Shown here: in pieces, positions 28,572 through 42,729 of the stretch | Layout: each line of letters begins with the position of its first letter | Position numbering within the stretch: the stretch's first letter is position 1 | DNA from: Eledone cirrhosa | Taxonomy: Eukaryota | Length of the DNA: 64,000 bases | NCBI GenBank assembly: GCA_964016885.1 | Contig: OZ024741.1 | Coordinates: 39,556,001-39,620,000, forward strand | Reading direction: 5' to 3' | Program-made: the position numbers and the translations under genes | The notes under the pieces: generated by a model | What the model saw: only the letters and a program-made list of their open reading frames with translations | Database searches by the model: none | Told to the model about the DNA's origin: nothing

Positions 28572-29330
28572 ACCGGGACCTATGGACAACTTCCAGAAGT
28601 CCCTGGCCTGGCAGTGCTACCGAGGGGCGCTGCCCGTTCGAGAAAAGCTCTACAGACACGGGCGCCCGGGTAGGGACCCCTCGAAAAAAATCTGTCCCAG
28701 ATGCGCGACGAGGAAACCGTTGCGCACGCATTGGTACAATGCTCGGGCGTTGCCGATCTGTGGGGCTATGTCGAACGACTGCTGTCACGGGTGGGACCAA
28801 TTCGGTTGACCACTGAGTCCATTGTAACGATCAAGCCGCCTCCCCCCTTCAAAAATGAAGGAGAGATGGTCTTCCTCTGTGTAATAGCCATGGTGAAAGA
28901 GGTGGTATGGTGGACACGTTTGAAAGGGCTGAGGTCGGACACCTTTCTCTCCGACCAACAACTGGTCCTTTTCTTTAAATACCATTTTAAAAGAAGGATC
29001 AGAATAGAGAGAGAGGTGCTCTACCCCAGCAAGTTTTATGAAAGGTGGGTGAAAGTAGCGAGAATAGCCCGTGTGAATGGGCCTTCTCTCTTTATCAGTC
29101 TGTAGGTGGAAAGGTGGAAGTTCAAAGGAGCACCCCCTCTCTGTGCTCCTAAGGAAAAGGGTTGCACACTTTTTCGGGGGTGTGTGTAACCCCCAAAACG
29201 CCTCCTCCCTATTGAGGACTGTATTGCTAATTTTCTATTTGATATTTGTTTTTTACTCGTTCCTTTATGTAACCCCCCCCCTTGTATTTGTCCCCTTCTT
29301 TTGTGCCCTCGTGGCAAATAAATAGAAACT
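28572..29330 (+). mobile_element. 5'-truncated Tx1/L1-like LINE, copy 2 (zf-RVT-like region)
   Basis: ICPRC..EETVAHALVQC..LW zinc-knuckle motif; 21 bp TSD tatctatctatccctctgtca. Confidence 0.9.
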
Positions 29331-29566
29331 TATCTATCTATCCCTCTGTCACACCCTCTCTCCATTTGTCTATCTATAACTATATCTATCTATAAAAATA
29401 TCTCTCTAATTCTCTAGTGAATGTGTGTGTGTCTCTTCTCACCATTTTCTACTCAGTTACAGCCCAAAATAAGTGTTATGGATTTTGTGAAAATTGGAAA
29501 TATAATATAATAAAATATAACAATATATGTATTATAATATAACATTATATACATATGTATATATAC

Positions 29567-29673
<107 letters not shown>

Positions 29674-29892
29674 TGTATAAATACAATTATATATACATAT
29701 GTGTGTGTAAAAGAAAAAAATATGTATTACTTAGCTGTCAAAATTATAAGCATATCAAATTACAGGACTGTGTAATATTTCGCCGACACACACACACACA
29801 TTTACCATGAAATGCACGTATATATTTGTATACTCGTAGACATACATATAAATATAAATCTTATATATATATATATATAAATACATGCACAC

Positions 29893-30066
<174 letters not shown>

Positions 30067-30447
30067 AAAATACACACACATACAGACACAAATATATATA
30101 TATATGCGTGAGTATGTGCGTGTTATACCCACATAGAAACATATGAAACGTCCATTAAAAAAAATATATTCCTATTTATTTTCATCCTTCTAAACAGCAA
30201 TGCTGACGGTTCCACATTCGATAGAAAAGATATTTACCAAAGATATATTGACAGTTTAGCTGCACGCCAGTGAAATAGCCATAATTTACAGAGCGAGAGT
30301 CAGTAAGACAAAGTGAGACAAATAGAATAGTAGAGAAATGGTGGGAGAGAAATGTTGGAAAGGGTTGGTTCAGACAGAAAATGTGGGTGAACCCATTTCC
30401 CTAGTATATATTATATACACGTTTATATATAAATATATATATGTATT

Positions 30448-30506
<59 letters not shown>

Positions 30507-30542
30507 TTATCTATATTAATGTGTATATATATATATATAATG

Positions 30543-30576
<34 letters not shown>

Positions 30577-30600
30577 GGGTATATATATATATGGGTATAC

Positions 30601-30704
<104 letters not shown>

Positions 30705-31264
30705 TTGCTTGCATGTTTGAGTTTATGCCCGAAATATGAAAATGGAACAAAACATGAATAATATATGAAATTATAAAAAGAATGAATGATTGGGACAGAG
30801 AGGAAATTGTTGAAACGAAGTAATATATCATGGAATATATATTTGGGGTTGTCAGGAAATATCTAGATGACTCAATATATATGTTCTGATAGGAAAAGAT
30901 TGCGGAAGGTAGCTATATAAAATGTCAGCCCGTGTTTAACTGGCTGACTTTGTATGTATGTATTATCTCTTTCTCTTAATTTCGAGTATATTTTTTTTTT
31001 GCCCGGCCACCTTCCTGGTGGCAAGGTTGTAAAAGAAAAGAAATTGTCATCCCTTGAATCGCAAGAATGTTTTTCAAATTTTGAAGGTGCCAGCTATCGC
31101 AGCCATTTGTAGACTATGTATGTATGTATGTATGTATGTATGTATGTATGTATGCATGCATGCATGCATGCATGCATGCATGCATGTGTGTATATATTAT
31201 ATATGGGCGTATTGTTTGGACTACACACACACACATTTATATATATAAATATAACTATTTATAT

Positions 31265-31391
31265 ATAGAAGGAGCAACGTGAAATAAAGTGTCTTGCTCA
31301 AGGACATAACGCATCGCCCGGTCCGGGAATCGAACTCACAACCTCACGATTAGGAATCCAATTCTCTAACCACTCGGCCACACGCCTTCAC
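31265..31391 (-). mobile_element. tRNA-derived SINE head (second family)
   Basis: Minus strand gtggccgagtggttaga (A box)..gagttcgattcc (B box)..ccttgagcaagacactt. Confidence 0.75.
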
Positions 31392-31728
31392 TCTATCTGG
31401 AGTTGCGACCGATAGAGAGTACTAGCAATTGGAAAGACCAATGGAAACATTGTTTCCTCGGTCCGATTTGACGAAAGTCGATCGACTGTCGATATATATA
31501 TACAAATATATGTGTGTATGCATATATACTTATATATATATATATATATATATATAAGTATATATGCATACACACACACACACCACACACACACACATAT
31601 ATATATATATACCATTATACACACGTATATATTTATATATATATTTATTTATATATGTATATATGTAACTTTGATAGCTGTCGGTCGGTATTTGCCCAGG
31701 CCATGTGTAACTTATTACCACCTCTGGC

Positions 31729-31830
<102 letters not shown>

Positions 31831-31866
31831 CGCGTGTGTGTGTATGTATGTGTGTGTGTGTCTATT

Positions 31867-31924
<58 letters not shown>

Positions 31925-33804
31925 TATATACACATCTGTGTGTTTATGTTTGTGTGTACATTCGCATGAATGATCGGGGTGTATACAAATCGATAGACTA
32001 TCTAATCACCAGATAAAATTATATATATATAACGAAGCTCTACATCATATATCGATTACTATCCCTCCTTTAGTTCGCATACTACAACGTTATTATCTAT
32101 ATGTTTAAAAATATATATAAACAACTCATCCTATTATATATTCGTTTTATAATATCTGCTTTTACTTACTCTGTATGATTTTACATTAATTTATTTATTA
32201 GTAATGGCTTAACTCTATTAAGTACTTTACAGGATACTGCTTTGAGAAGATAATATTCCGGGGAAATAATAAAGTAACTGGACCTCCGTTTGCGGAGTCG
32301 ATGAGTATTCCTTTGGATAATCAACCAAACAATTTGATTCTATTCTCCTCGTCAGCAAATAACCCCTGCATCCCTTTATACAGGTTAGGACTTAGACTTT
32401 GGGGCCCCCGGGGCACTTCAAGTTTGGGGAGCCCCACATACACAAACAATATAATACACAGTAAGCCCTCCAATTTTATATATGAAAGTTAGCTTCGTGA
32501 AAGTAATTGGAATTGAAAAGTTATACATACAGGTATTAAATAAAAAAATTCTAACAATCCTGAAACTAAAAATCCCAGCAGAGGGCACAAATAAATTGCT
32601 ATGGCCGTAGCTGGTGGGGCCTACACTACAGAGGGCCGAGGCAATTGTGCTCTTTGCCCATCCCCAGCAGCATGTAGAATATAACTAAATTGGTTCGACT
32701 AATTAGCACTATGTGCATTCGTAATTAATTAAACAATAAATATTTACCCTAGTACACAGCGTATAATAGGAAATGTAACGTACATATAACTAGAGATTTC
32801 TAATTACAATACCGACTGTCGTTATATCTCTATATAAGTTTCCTTAAACCTATAATATGCCGTTTTCTAGTATAAGTGTTTATCGTCCTAAAATTCCTTT
32901 TGGCAGCACCATGTATTGGATCGTTGACTGGTGATATTTGATGTTGGTGTAGCTTTCAATTTGAATCGATTAAATTGGTATGAAGACGATGAATTCATTG
33001 TCAGGAATAAATCTAACTTCACCCCGTATTGAAAGAGCGATGCACATTTGGTTACTTATATCAGTACAATACCGAAATACCCTATTAATACACATAAACA
33101 CAAATGAAATCTTCAAAAACTAGCTTTACAGACATTGAAAAATGACAATTCAATTACTTTTAAATGAATCTAACAAAAGCAATTGTCATTGTGAATAATG
33201 TTAAAATACTAGAAGAAACTAACAACTGTAAATTTCTACTCTGAATAAAAGAACTTTAAACAGAATCAAATCATTAATCATCTATTACTCAGACTCTTTT
33301 ACAGATAGAGTAATTAATTACTTAGGTAACTTCGAAGTTACTGAAAGTCATTTCTATATATTACCAACGAATTATTAAATCTCAGAAATAAAACAGGAAA
33401 AAATTGCAAGCAAAACGAAATTATATATATATGAACTAGATACATAGAAATACTGTGACCAATATTTGCAACACAATTTCCAACATATCGTATGAATCTA
33501 TTTATAGATTTGTTTCTTAAACCTCTATGTCCAGAGATCTCTCTTGTATACGATCTGACAGAGATTTCCTTATATACATTCCATCAACTGTCCAAAAGTC
33601 ACTATTTTATCAAGCTTCGACGCAACAAAATTTTACACTAACATACCTCATCCATTAGGCTTAGCAACCAAGTACTTGGCAGATAAACATACAGACATTA
33701 TATATGCGTGCTTCAAAATAGATTTTATTATCAAAGCACTACAATTATTAAGAACAAACTTTTAATTTTGATGTCAAAAGGTAAACGGCGCTTGAGTTTT
33801 GATA

Positions 33805-33990
33805 TGCGCATCGTCGCTACATATTTTAAACCAACTGATGCACATCGTCCCTACACATTTTAAACCAATTGATGTGCATCGTCCCTACATATTTTAAACT
33901 AGCTGATGCACGTCGTCCCAAAACATTTTAGACCAACTGAAGACCATCGTCCCTACACATTTTAAACCAACTGAAGCCCATCTTTCTCCA
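33805..33990 (+). repeat. 34-bp minisatellite, about 5.5 copies
   Basis: catcgtccctacayattttaaaccaactgatg at 33809, 33843, 33877, 33911, 33945. Confidence 0.9.
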
Positions 33991-34584
33991 CGTCGTAAAA
34001 CAATTGATTTCTACCCAGGAATGAGAGAGAAAAGCATTGTCCCCAGTATTGGACTGATACTTTATTTATCGACCTCCAATGGATGAAAGATGATATAGAT
34101 TTCCCCATAAGTTGAGTGCAGTGAGCCAAAACAAATATGCAAGCATCTTTAATCCGGCGCCCTAACCACTCTGCAAAGTTGCCACCTTCTTTGATGTAAA
34201 AGCATAAAGATAAATAGTAAGAAAAACTATAAGTGCATAGACCCACCTTGTGATGGGGTACACACAGGAAAATTTGTATAAGGAAATAAAAAAGATATTT
34301 GACTGAAACATTAAAGAATATCATATTTGAAGGTGGAAATGGTTTATTATCAATATATGTGATAATATTCCAGGCACGAGCAACTCTTGCAAAATTTCTA
34401 TAGTCGCATCATTGCATTCATATGTTCAATGAATCTGCTGAATTCTGTAAGATATTTTAATCAAGGAATAAATCTATATTTCTCACGTGATAATACATTA
34501 TATTGAATCAACATCTAACGTAAGTAATCACTCATAATTTATTCTAAATTCGATAGATCGTGGCGATTTTTCTTACTGGGCAAA

Positions 34585-35060
34585 TAATAGTTTCTGATTT
34601 AAACACTAGGCCAATCATTTTGGGGGAAGGGAAAAATCGATTAAATCGACCCCAGTGCGTGACTGGTATTTTATTTTATCATCGTCCATCATAAGGATGA
34701 AATGCAAAGCGAGCCTCGGTGGGATTTGAACTCAGAATGTACAGGGACGTAACTCTATGCCACGAAGCAGGGTGTAAAACGAGCCATTGATAATGCCAAT
34801 CCATTGGAGAACAATAAATATTATTTGGTAGATTGGCAGTATCGGTAGAGGGTCGAACGCCATGCTTTGCAGCAAAGAGTTACGGCTCTTTCCATTCTGA
34901 GTTCAAATCCCACCGAGGCTCGCTTTGCATTTCATCCTTATGATGGACGATCATAAAATAAGGTTAACTTTGTCTTTCATCCTTACGGGGTCGATAAAAT
35001 AAAGTACCAGTAATGCACTGGTGTAATTGCTGGTCTGGTGCCAAAGTAGAAACAATTATT
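34585..35060. mobile_element. Head-to-head SINE pair (- 34585-34802, + 34830-35060)
   Basis: SINE consensus on both strands. Confidence 0.8.
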
Positions 35061-35807
35061 TACTGGGTAAATCATATTTTTATTTTTAGTATATTTTATT
35101 TTTCTTTCATTATTTTCAGTAATGTTTGAGTTTGAAAGACTTAGTTTCAAAGGTGTTTACTGCGGGGCAGAAGATATAACAACTTGTTGTTTTTCATATA
35201 TTTTATTTTATTTTGCTTATCTAGAAATACTACGATATGTATTTCTATGAATGTGTATATATTTTCTTATATCTTTCGCTAAAGTATTATATTTTATTTA
35301 ATCTTATTTATTAAAATAGTAAAGTAAGTATTTTGTGTTATTTATTTGAATAATTAATTATTAAAACATTTGAGGTAGGTATTTTTATTTTATTTTCTTC
35401 TTTAATTAGTTATCGAGATATTGAGGCAGGAACGAACATATTCTTTTTATTGAATCTGCTCTGAGGTAAAGAGCTACAGGACATGAACATAGACAGAGAC
35501 AAACGTATACACAGACATAGGGACTCAAAATATATATATATATATATATAAATCTTAGACGGGAACAAAAACAGAGAGGTAGTACAAATATGAGTTTATT
35601 AGGTTCACACTTTTGAGAGTGGGCTGGGTTCGGGGGGGGGGACATTTCGGGCATAAGTGGGTAGGAAGAGAGTTCCGAGGGTGTGTGGGGGAGTGGTGGA
35701 AAGACGTTTAGAAAAAAAGCGGGAGGGGGGGGGGGGGAAGGGAGGAAAAACGATTTTAGAAGTAAGGAGGAGAAGTATACACAGGAAATCTTAGACAAAA
35801 TTTCATA

Positions 35808-35838
<31 letters not shown>

Positions 35839-36170
35839 CAAAGGTAATTGAGTTAGAAATTCAAAATAGTCTCTTAAAATTAAATAGCTCAAGGAAAGAA
35901 ACTTTTCCGGGCCGTGAAATATAATTGAATATGAAAGACAGGTAAACACAGATATATACATATATGTGTTCAAATCGTAAGTGACCAGATTTGAGCACAT
36001 ATATGTATATATCTATGTTTACCTCTCTTTTATATTCAATTATATATATTTATATTTATATATATATGTGAAAAAATGGGGAGAAGAATACTGCAGGTTG
36101 CACATGGATAACATGTAATAAAATGAGTCCCTCATCAGTGATTTGCAAATCACTGATGAGGGACTCATTT

Positions 36171-36218
<48 letters not shown>

Positions 36219-36336
36219 AGAGAGAGAGAGAAAGAGAGAGAGAAACAGAGAGAGAGGGTCTGTGGTACTGGCACCGGGAAGACCACACATCAAAGAAGAA
36301 CTAGATACATGGTAAGACACACAGAGGTATATTAGT

Positions 36337-36386
<50 letters not shown>

Positions 36387-36672
36387 TGTATGTATGTATA
36401 TATATATAGACATGCATACACACATATACTTTGTTATACTGTTTAGTTTTTACATACATGTATGTAAAAACTAAACAGAATAACAAAGCAAACGACACAC
36501 TACAATGAAGAAATATATTTGTTTAACGCTTGACATAAACATTCGAAGGACTTCTGCAGTTTTCGTTCACAAAATTCGACTTACAAAGAATTCGTTACTC
36601 GTAGCTATATCTTTGGAGGCACTTGGTCATGATTCCACTCAGTCCTGCCTGCGCCCATAATGTATATATATA

Positions 36673-36810
<138 letters not shown>

Positions 36811-36817
36811 TGCGCCC

Positions 36818-36863
<46 letters not shown>

Positions 36864-36989
36864 TTCTATTTTGAAATTGTTGGGATACAACAAGCAAATA
36901 TTTTTATAACTGATATAAAGCACTCAACAAATAAATTGGAGTAAAAATACCATATTAACAAATGGAAACTATATTTATAAAACCATATT

Positions 36990-37054
36990 TATTTCATTAT
37001 ACATATTTCAAGGACACCAAGTTAAATTATGGTGTGCTTTCATCAGATAAAATA
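36990..37054 (-). ncRNA. Hammerhead ribozyme (family A) in element ~36860-37130
   Basis: tattttat-CTGATGA-aagcacacca..tggtgtcctt-GAAA-tatgta-TA-atgaaata. Confidence 0.85.
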
Positions 37055-37126
37055 TAATATAGAGCAGTTTTATAAATAAATATTGACATACCCTTAAAGA
37101 ATGCAAACATTACTGTTGGAAGCTCC

Positions 37127-37170
<44 letters not shown>

Positions 37171-37285
37171 TGCCAATTGAATAATCAAGACCGTAGCGGT
37201 ATGTCATATATCAAATCATATATTTTATCTGATGACAACGCATATATTTTGATTATGTGAATATCCTTCATTTGTTAATATTTTG

Positions 37286-37324
<39 letters not shown>

Positions 37325-37372
37325 TGTATGTGTGTGTTTGTGTGTATGTGTGTGTGTATATATATATATATG

Positions 37373-37448
<76 letters not shown>

Positions 37449-37562
37449 TAACATTAAGATAACAGATTAAAATTTAAGCAAAATATATATTTGATATATA
37501 TTTATCCTTATCGATCCCTCTTTGGATTTTCGTCTTCAAATTTATTATTATTACTATATATA

Positions 37563-37757
37563 GGGCGGTAGATTGGCAGTATCGGTAGAGGGCTGGACGC
37601 CATGCTTTGCAGCATAGAGTTACGGGCCTTTACGATCTGAGTTCAAATCCCGCCGAGGTTAACTTTGCCTTTCATCCTTACGGGTTCGATAAAATAAAGT
37701 ACCAGTAATGCACTGGGTAATTGCTGGCCTTGTGCCAAAAGTAGAAACAATTATTAC
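37563..37757 (+). mobile_element. tRNA-derived SINE, near consensus
   Basis: A/B boxes and full body. Confidence 0.9.
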
Positions 37758-37954
37758 TATATATATATATATATATATACACACAAATTTAAGGTATCAA
37801 GTTGTGTATGATATCAGTTATGTATGATATCAGTTATGTATGATAATTGTTCTTCTCAATAAAAAAGGTCTATGGACGTCCAGAGCATCAATAATTCATA
37901 TAAATAGATACATGTAAATGTATATAGAGAGAAAGGACCATATATCCTATGAGA

Positions 37955-38195
37955 ACAGAAAGTATTTTGTATATATACAAAGTACATGTATCAAGGACGA
38001 ATATGTACTCTATATATATATATATATATTTATCTATTAATTTGAATTATATATATATGTGTGTGTATATATATATATACAGAAAGTATTTTGTATATAT
38101 ACAAAGTACATGTATCAAGGACGAATATGTACTCTCTCTCTATATATATATTTATCTATTAATTTGAATTATATATATATATGTGTGTATATATA
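37955..38195 (+). repeat. Tandem duplication, ~124 bp period
   Basis: acagaaagtattttgtatatatacaaagtacatg at 37955 and 38079. Confidence 0.85.
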
Positions 38196-38329
38196 TATTA
38201 TTTCACGTTGCTCCTTCTACCTGGAGTTGCGACCGATAGATAGTATTACCAATTGGAAAGATCAACGGAAACATTGTTCCCCCGGTCCGATTTGACGAAA
38301 GTCGATCGTTCCTTAAAAATATATATATA

Positions 38330-38666
38330 TAGAAAAAAAGATGAAATCAAAAATGCAACTGGAGTCTTATTTTTAAAAAATATATATATAATTTATTTGG
38401 TTCCTTTACCGGTTTCGCAGTTCTTCTGCTTTTCAAAAGTAGAGTTGAGATGAAGGGTTTGTGGTTTTTCTCACATCCGACCCTCCATCTCAACTCTACT
38501 TTTGAAAATCAGAAGAACTGCGAAACCGGTAAAGGAACCAAATAAATTTTATATACATTTTTTTTTAAATAAGACTCCAGTTGCATTTTCGATTTCATCT
38601 TTTTTCTTTATACTTTCGCTCGTGTAGGACACCTCGGTTATTTTTCATTTTGTAAAAAAACCTCAC

Positions 38667-38673
<7 letters not shown>
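38330..38673. mobile_element. Family G fold-back element with U3-A8 hammerheads (38404-38439 -, 38499-38534 +)
   Basis: ctt-TTGAAAA-gcag aagaa ctgc-GAAA-ccgg-TA-aag; second element at 61133-61463. Confidence 0.75.
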
Positions 38674-38709
<36 letters not shown>

Positions 38710-38745
38710 AACGGCTTGAGCTCTGCTGTCGGGGTCATACTTTTT

Positions 38746-38794
<49 letters not shown>

Positions 38795-38796
<2 letters not shown>

Positions 38797-39235
38797 AATG
38801 ATATTAAATAAATGGAAACTATATTTATAAAACCATATTTATTTTATTATATATATTTCAAGGGTACCAAGATACGTTGGTTCGCTTTCATTAGATAAAA
38901 TACAAAGTTTGTTTCATAAATAGAGACATAACCATGAAAATCATACCTTATCGGTTGAATGTTCACTGGATAGTCCAGATATTCAACCGATAAGGTATGA
39001 TTTTCATGGGTATGTCTCTATTTATAAAACAAACTTTGAATTTTATCTGATGAAAGCGTACCAATGTGTCTTGGTACCCTTGAAAGATATATAATAAAAT
39101 AAATATGGTTTTATAAATATAGTTTCCATTTATTTAATATCATTGAATATTTACTCCAGTAAGCTGTTGAGTGCTCTAAATCAGTTATAAACATTTATAT
39201 TTGTCGGACTTCCAACAAATTAAATACCTCCTCTA

Positions 39236-39238
<3 letters not shown>
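38795..39238. mobile_element. Family A fold-back element; hammerhead 39040-39100 (+)
   Basis: Inverted arms; attttat-CTGATGA-aagcgtacca..tggtaccctt-GAAA; stem III has one substitution. Confidence 0.85.
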
Positions 39239-39301
<63 letters not shown>

Positions 39302-39613
39302 TATATATATATGTGTGTGTATATATATAAATACAGCCAACTGTCTACGGTAAACTAAGTGTATGTAATCTGATCAGTTGATTGCAGCTGCATGACTACA
39401 GTTCGCCAGATTCATAGTGAGCTAGAAGGTGGCCCGGGGCGCTGTATTTATACCACCAATCGTCGTTACTTGTATGTGTGTGTACTTGTATACACCACAA
39501 GCGGATTTTGTTGATTTCGGATTTACAGAAACCTCACTTAGATATTCAATAATTTCGAAGTGACGGTCCAGGTATGTTATATATACAGATATGTGCATAT
39601 ATGTATGTTTGTG

Positions 39614-39693
<80 letters not shown>

Positions 39694-39809
39694 TGTGTGT
39701 ATATTTCTCACTAGTCAGTTCTTTCGTTGCTACAGATCACGCAGCTGAATTAGCGGTCGCTATTTTCAATTTGCAAAGCCCTTTAAACTGTATATTATTA
39801 CTCTGAGGT

Positions 39810-39993
39810 GTGAATTGGCAGTATCGGTAGAGGGTTGGATGCCATGCTTTGATGCATAGAGTTACGGCCCTTGCCATTCTGAGTTCAAATCCCGCCGAGG
39901 TTAACTTTGCCTTTCATCCTTACGGGGTCGATAAAATAAAGTACCAGTAATGCACTGGGTAATTGCTGGCCTTGTGCCAAAAGTAGAAACAGT
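39810..39993 (+). mobile_element. tRNA-derived SINE with TSD ttattactctgaggt
   Basis: Direct repeat at ~39795 and ~39993. Confidence 0.9.
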
Positions 39994-40087
39994 TATTACT
40001 CTGAGGTTTATACCTTGTTGAGTGCTTGGCTCCACTGCTGAAGGCATTCGTTGGCTGAGCTGCTACTCGAACTTCGAATATGCTGTA

Positions 40088-40201
<114 letters not shown>

Positions 40202-40238
40202 CATACATATATATAAATATATATATATACATACATAC

Positions 40239-40273
<35 letters not shown>

Positions 40274-40376
40274 CAATATTAATAAATGGTATATCTACTC
40301 CAAATATTTGTCGAGTGCTTTATATCAGTTATAATAATATTTGCTTGTTGTATCCCAACAATTTAAATAGAACTTT

Positions 40377-40476
<100 letters not shown>

Positions 40477-40602
40477 CTGAGTTTTTCGAATATTAATAAT
40501 AACATTCGATTGGTTTGCAATTATGCAAACAAGCCTCATTTTAAAGCCATGTCATTAGAATGAACACTTCATTCTTGCTCTTGTGTTGGCATGTAAACAG
40601 AT

Positions 40603-40646
40603 CTGCAGACACTAATGTTTCTGGGTATCACCCTTCATCAGTACAG
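40603..40646 (-). ncRNA. Minimal hammerhead ribozyme
   Basis: ctgta-CTGATGA-a gggt gat accc a-GAAA-cattagtg-TC-tgcag; GUC triplet. Confidence 0.85.
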
Positions 40647-41079
40647 CTCACTGTTCACTTGCCAACTGTCAGAGCTAGTGAACATATATGCTATTTTCTA
40701 AAAAAAAATGTTATTTCTTTATTTTTTATTTTACATATATAAGTTGACGGGACTAGAATGGGTTTCACTGCTAGTACTGGTTGCATCTTAGCGTACTCAA
40801 TATGTAATGTTATGTAAAATCCCAGAGTTGACACATAGTTATTTGCTTCAATACAACACACGTAAATGTGTACCTTCAATATATATCCGTACTCGAGTTT
40901 CGGCCACACTTAATACACTTAATATATATATAACCAAAGATCAGTATGGTTCGTTGATTACTCAAAGAATACAATTTTGCAATAGATTAGAAGCACTCAA
41001 AAAGAAAAATTTCCTGGAGTTTTCCATATTATTCAAAATGTTAACAAATGATAAGTATTCGCTTAATCAAAATATATAC

Positions 41080-41142
41080 ATTATTATATATATTTCAAAG
41101 GTACTGTGTTGTTTTTTCAGTACGTCCTCATCAGATAAAATA
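41080..41142 (-). ncRNA. Hammerhead ribozyme (family A-related)
   Basis: tattttat-CTGATGA-ggacgtactg..cagtaccttt-GAAA-tatata-TA-ataa. Confidence 0.7.
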
Positions 41143-41510
41143 TATTATTTGATATATCGCTACGGTCTTGATTATTCAATTCCAGTATTGAAATATATAT
41201 ATATATACATATATGTTAGGTAATTCCGAAGAAAAAGGAAAGGAAAAAAGAGTGCTCTATGTATAGAACAGATCTATTTAATTAGAAAGTGAACAACATA
41301 ACTGTGTTGTTCACTTTCCAATTAAATATTTATATATACATATATATAAATTTTCATTCTTTGGTGAACTACGGTGAATTATTGGATTATGACTATGCTG
41401 AGGCACTGCTTTATAGATTTTATGCTATATTTCTTACCTCCCTTAAATACCCCCCCCCCCCTTCTCTTGGTGCTCCTATAACTACTACTACTACTACTAC
41501 TACTACTGCA

Positions 41511-41544
<34 letters not shown>

Positions 41545-42002
41545 TTTCCCCTTTCTTCCTTTTCCCCTCCTTCACCTGCTCCACATCCTCACATCTTTCT
41601 TAGCCTTCTACTTCCCTATTACCTTATTTTAGTAAATCTCTCAGTCTCCCCCCCCCCCTTCATTTTCGTTCCACTTCTTGCTCCCCTCCCTTCTATCTGT
41701 TGTACTTTATGTGATCACTCCTCCCCTTCCTACTCGACTACTTCTTTTAAACAGTTTTTATCGTCTCTTATTCGTCATTAAATTAATCAACAGTTTTTTT
41801 TTCATCAATGCTTCAATGCTCTCCCCCCTTCCACCAACGTCAGCAACGCCACAACCCCCCCCCACACACACACATATACACACACACCACACACATAAAG
41901 CTAACGACTAACTGGAAAATGTTGCATCTTGGGATACATGTAGAAGGCGGGTCGTAGAAACAAAGACAAATAGCAACTGGTAGTGGGAGTTGAGCAAGGC
42001 AC

Positions 42003-42058
<56 letters not shown>

Positions 42059-42119
42059 CATACACACACACATTTACACCCACTCACATCCACACACACA
42101 TACATACTCATGCGCACAC

Positions 42120-42680
42120 TTTTCTTTTTCTTCATCTTCTATTTCTTCTTCTTTCGCCCACATATTCCCGGGGGGTAGTGGTCCAATACTCCTTCCACCG
42201 AGTCCTTTCACAAGCAAGCGTGTACAACCAAGACCAGCCGAGCTGATGGATGTATCTAAACACCTTGCTTGAGGTCTACCCATGGCTTTTCTGCTGGTTG
42301 GTTTTGCACGTAAAATCTTGCTAGCGGTTCTTTCCCGTAGTATTGGAGCTCTCAATTTGGAGAAGTAGTGGTTCTACCTGTAGCGATTCTTTCATCTCTG
42401 GATTAAGCGCTCTATCGAGTAACGTTACTCCAACGTCTTTTCGGCCGCTTGTATTTATCATCGTATTCTTTCGGTCATTACCCATGATTTATTACCATAG
42501 GTAAGGGTTGGCACAACTACCGAATAGAATATAGCGAGTTTGACTTATACACCTACGTCTCTTCTGATGATTTCCGTATGCTGACTTCGAACACTCGTGA
42601 ACACGGCCCTTAGTTCCTTGAACTTTTCCTCCTGCTTCAGTGGAACTCCACTCACATGTAGAGTGTACTGATGACAGAAT
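42120..42680 (-). mobile_element. RTE LINE 3' end with GAA-rich tail
   Basis: LKQEEKFKEL, LTYGNKSWVMTERI, KILRAKPTSRKAMGRPQARCLD. Confidence 0.8.
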
Positions 42681-42729
42681 GTTGACGTCCATCATTCGGA
42701 AACACGGCCACAAGAAAAGTTGGTTAGTT

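Noticed and set aside
31300-31391. tRNA gene
   Set aside because: It runs into a SINE body and has no convincing acceptor stem, so it is treated as a SINE head.
33805-33990. CRISPR-like 34 bp periodicity
   Set aside because: Contiguous tandem units with no unique spacers, in a eukaryotic context.
42562-42680. CTGATGA occurrences inside the RTE fragment (similar isolated cores at 44338, 56355, 62171)
   Set aside because: No matching GAAA/stem architecture; expected by chance.
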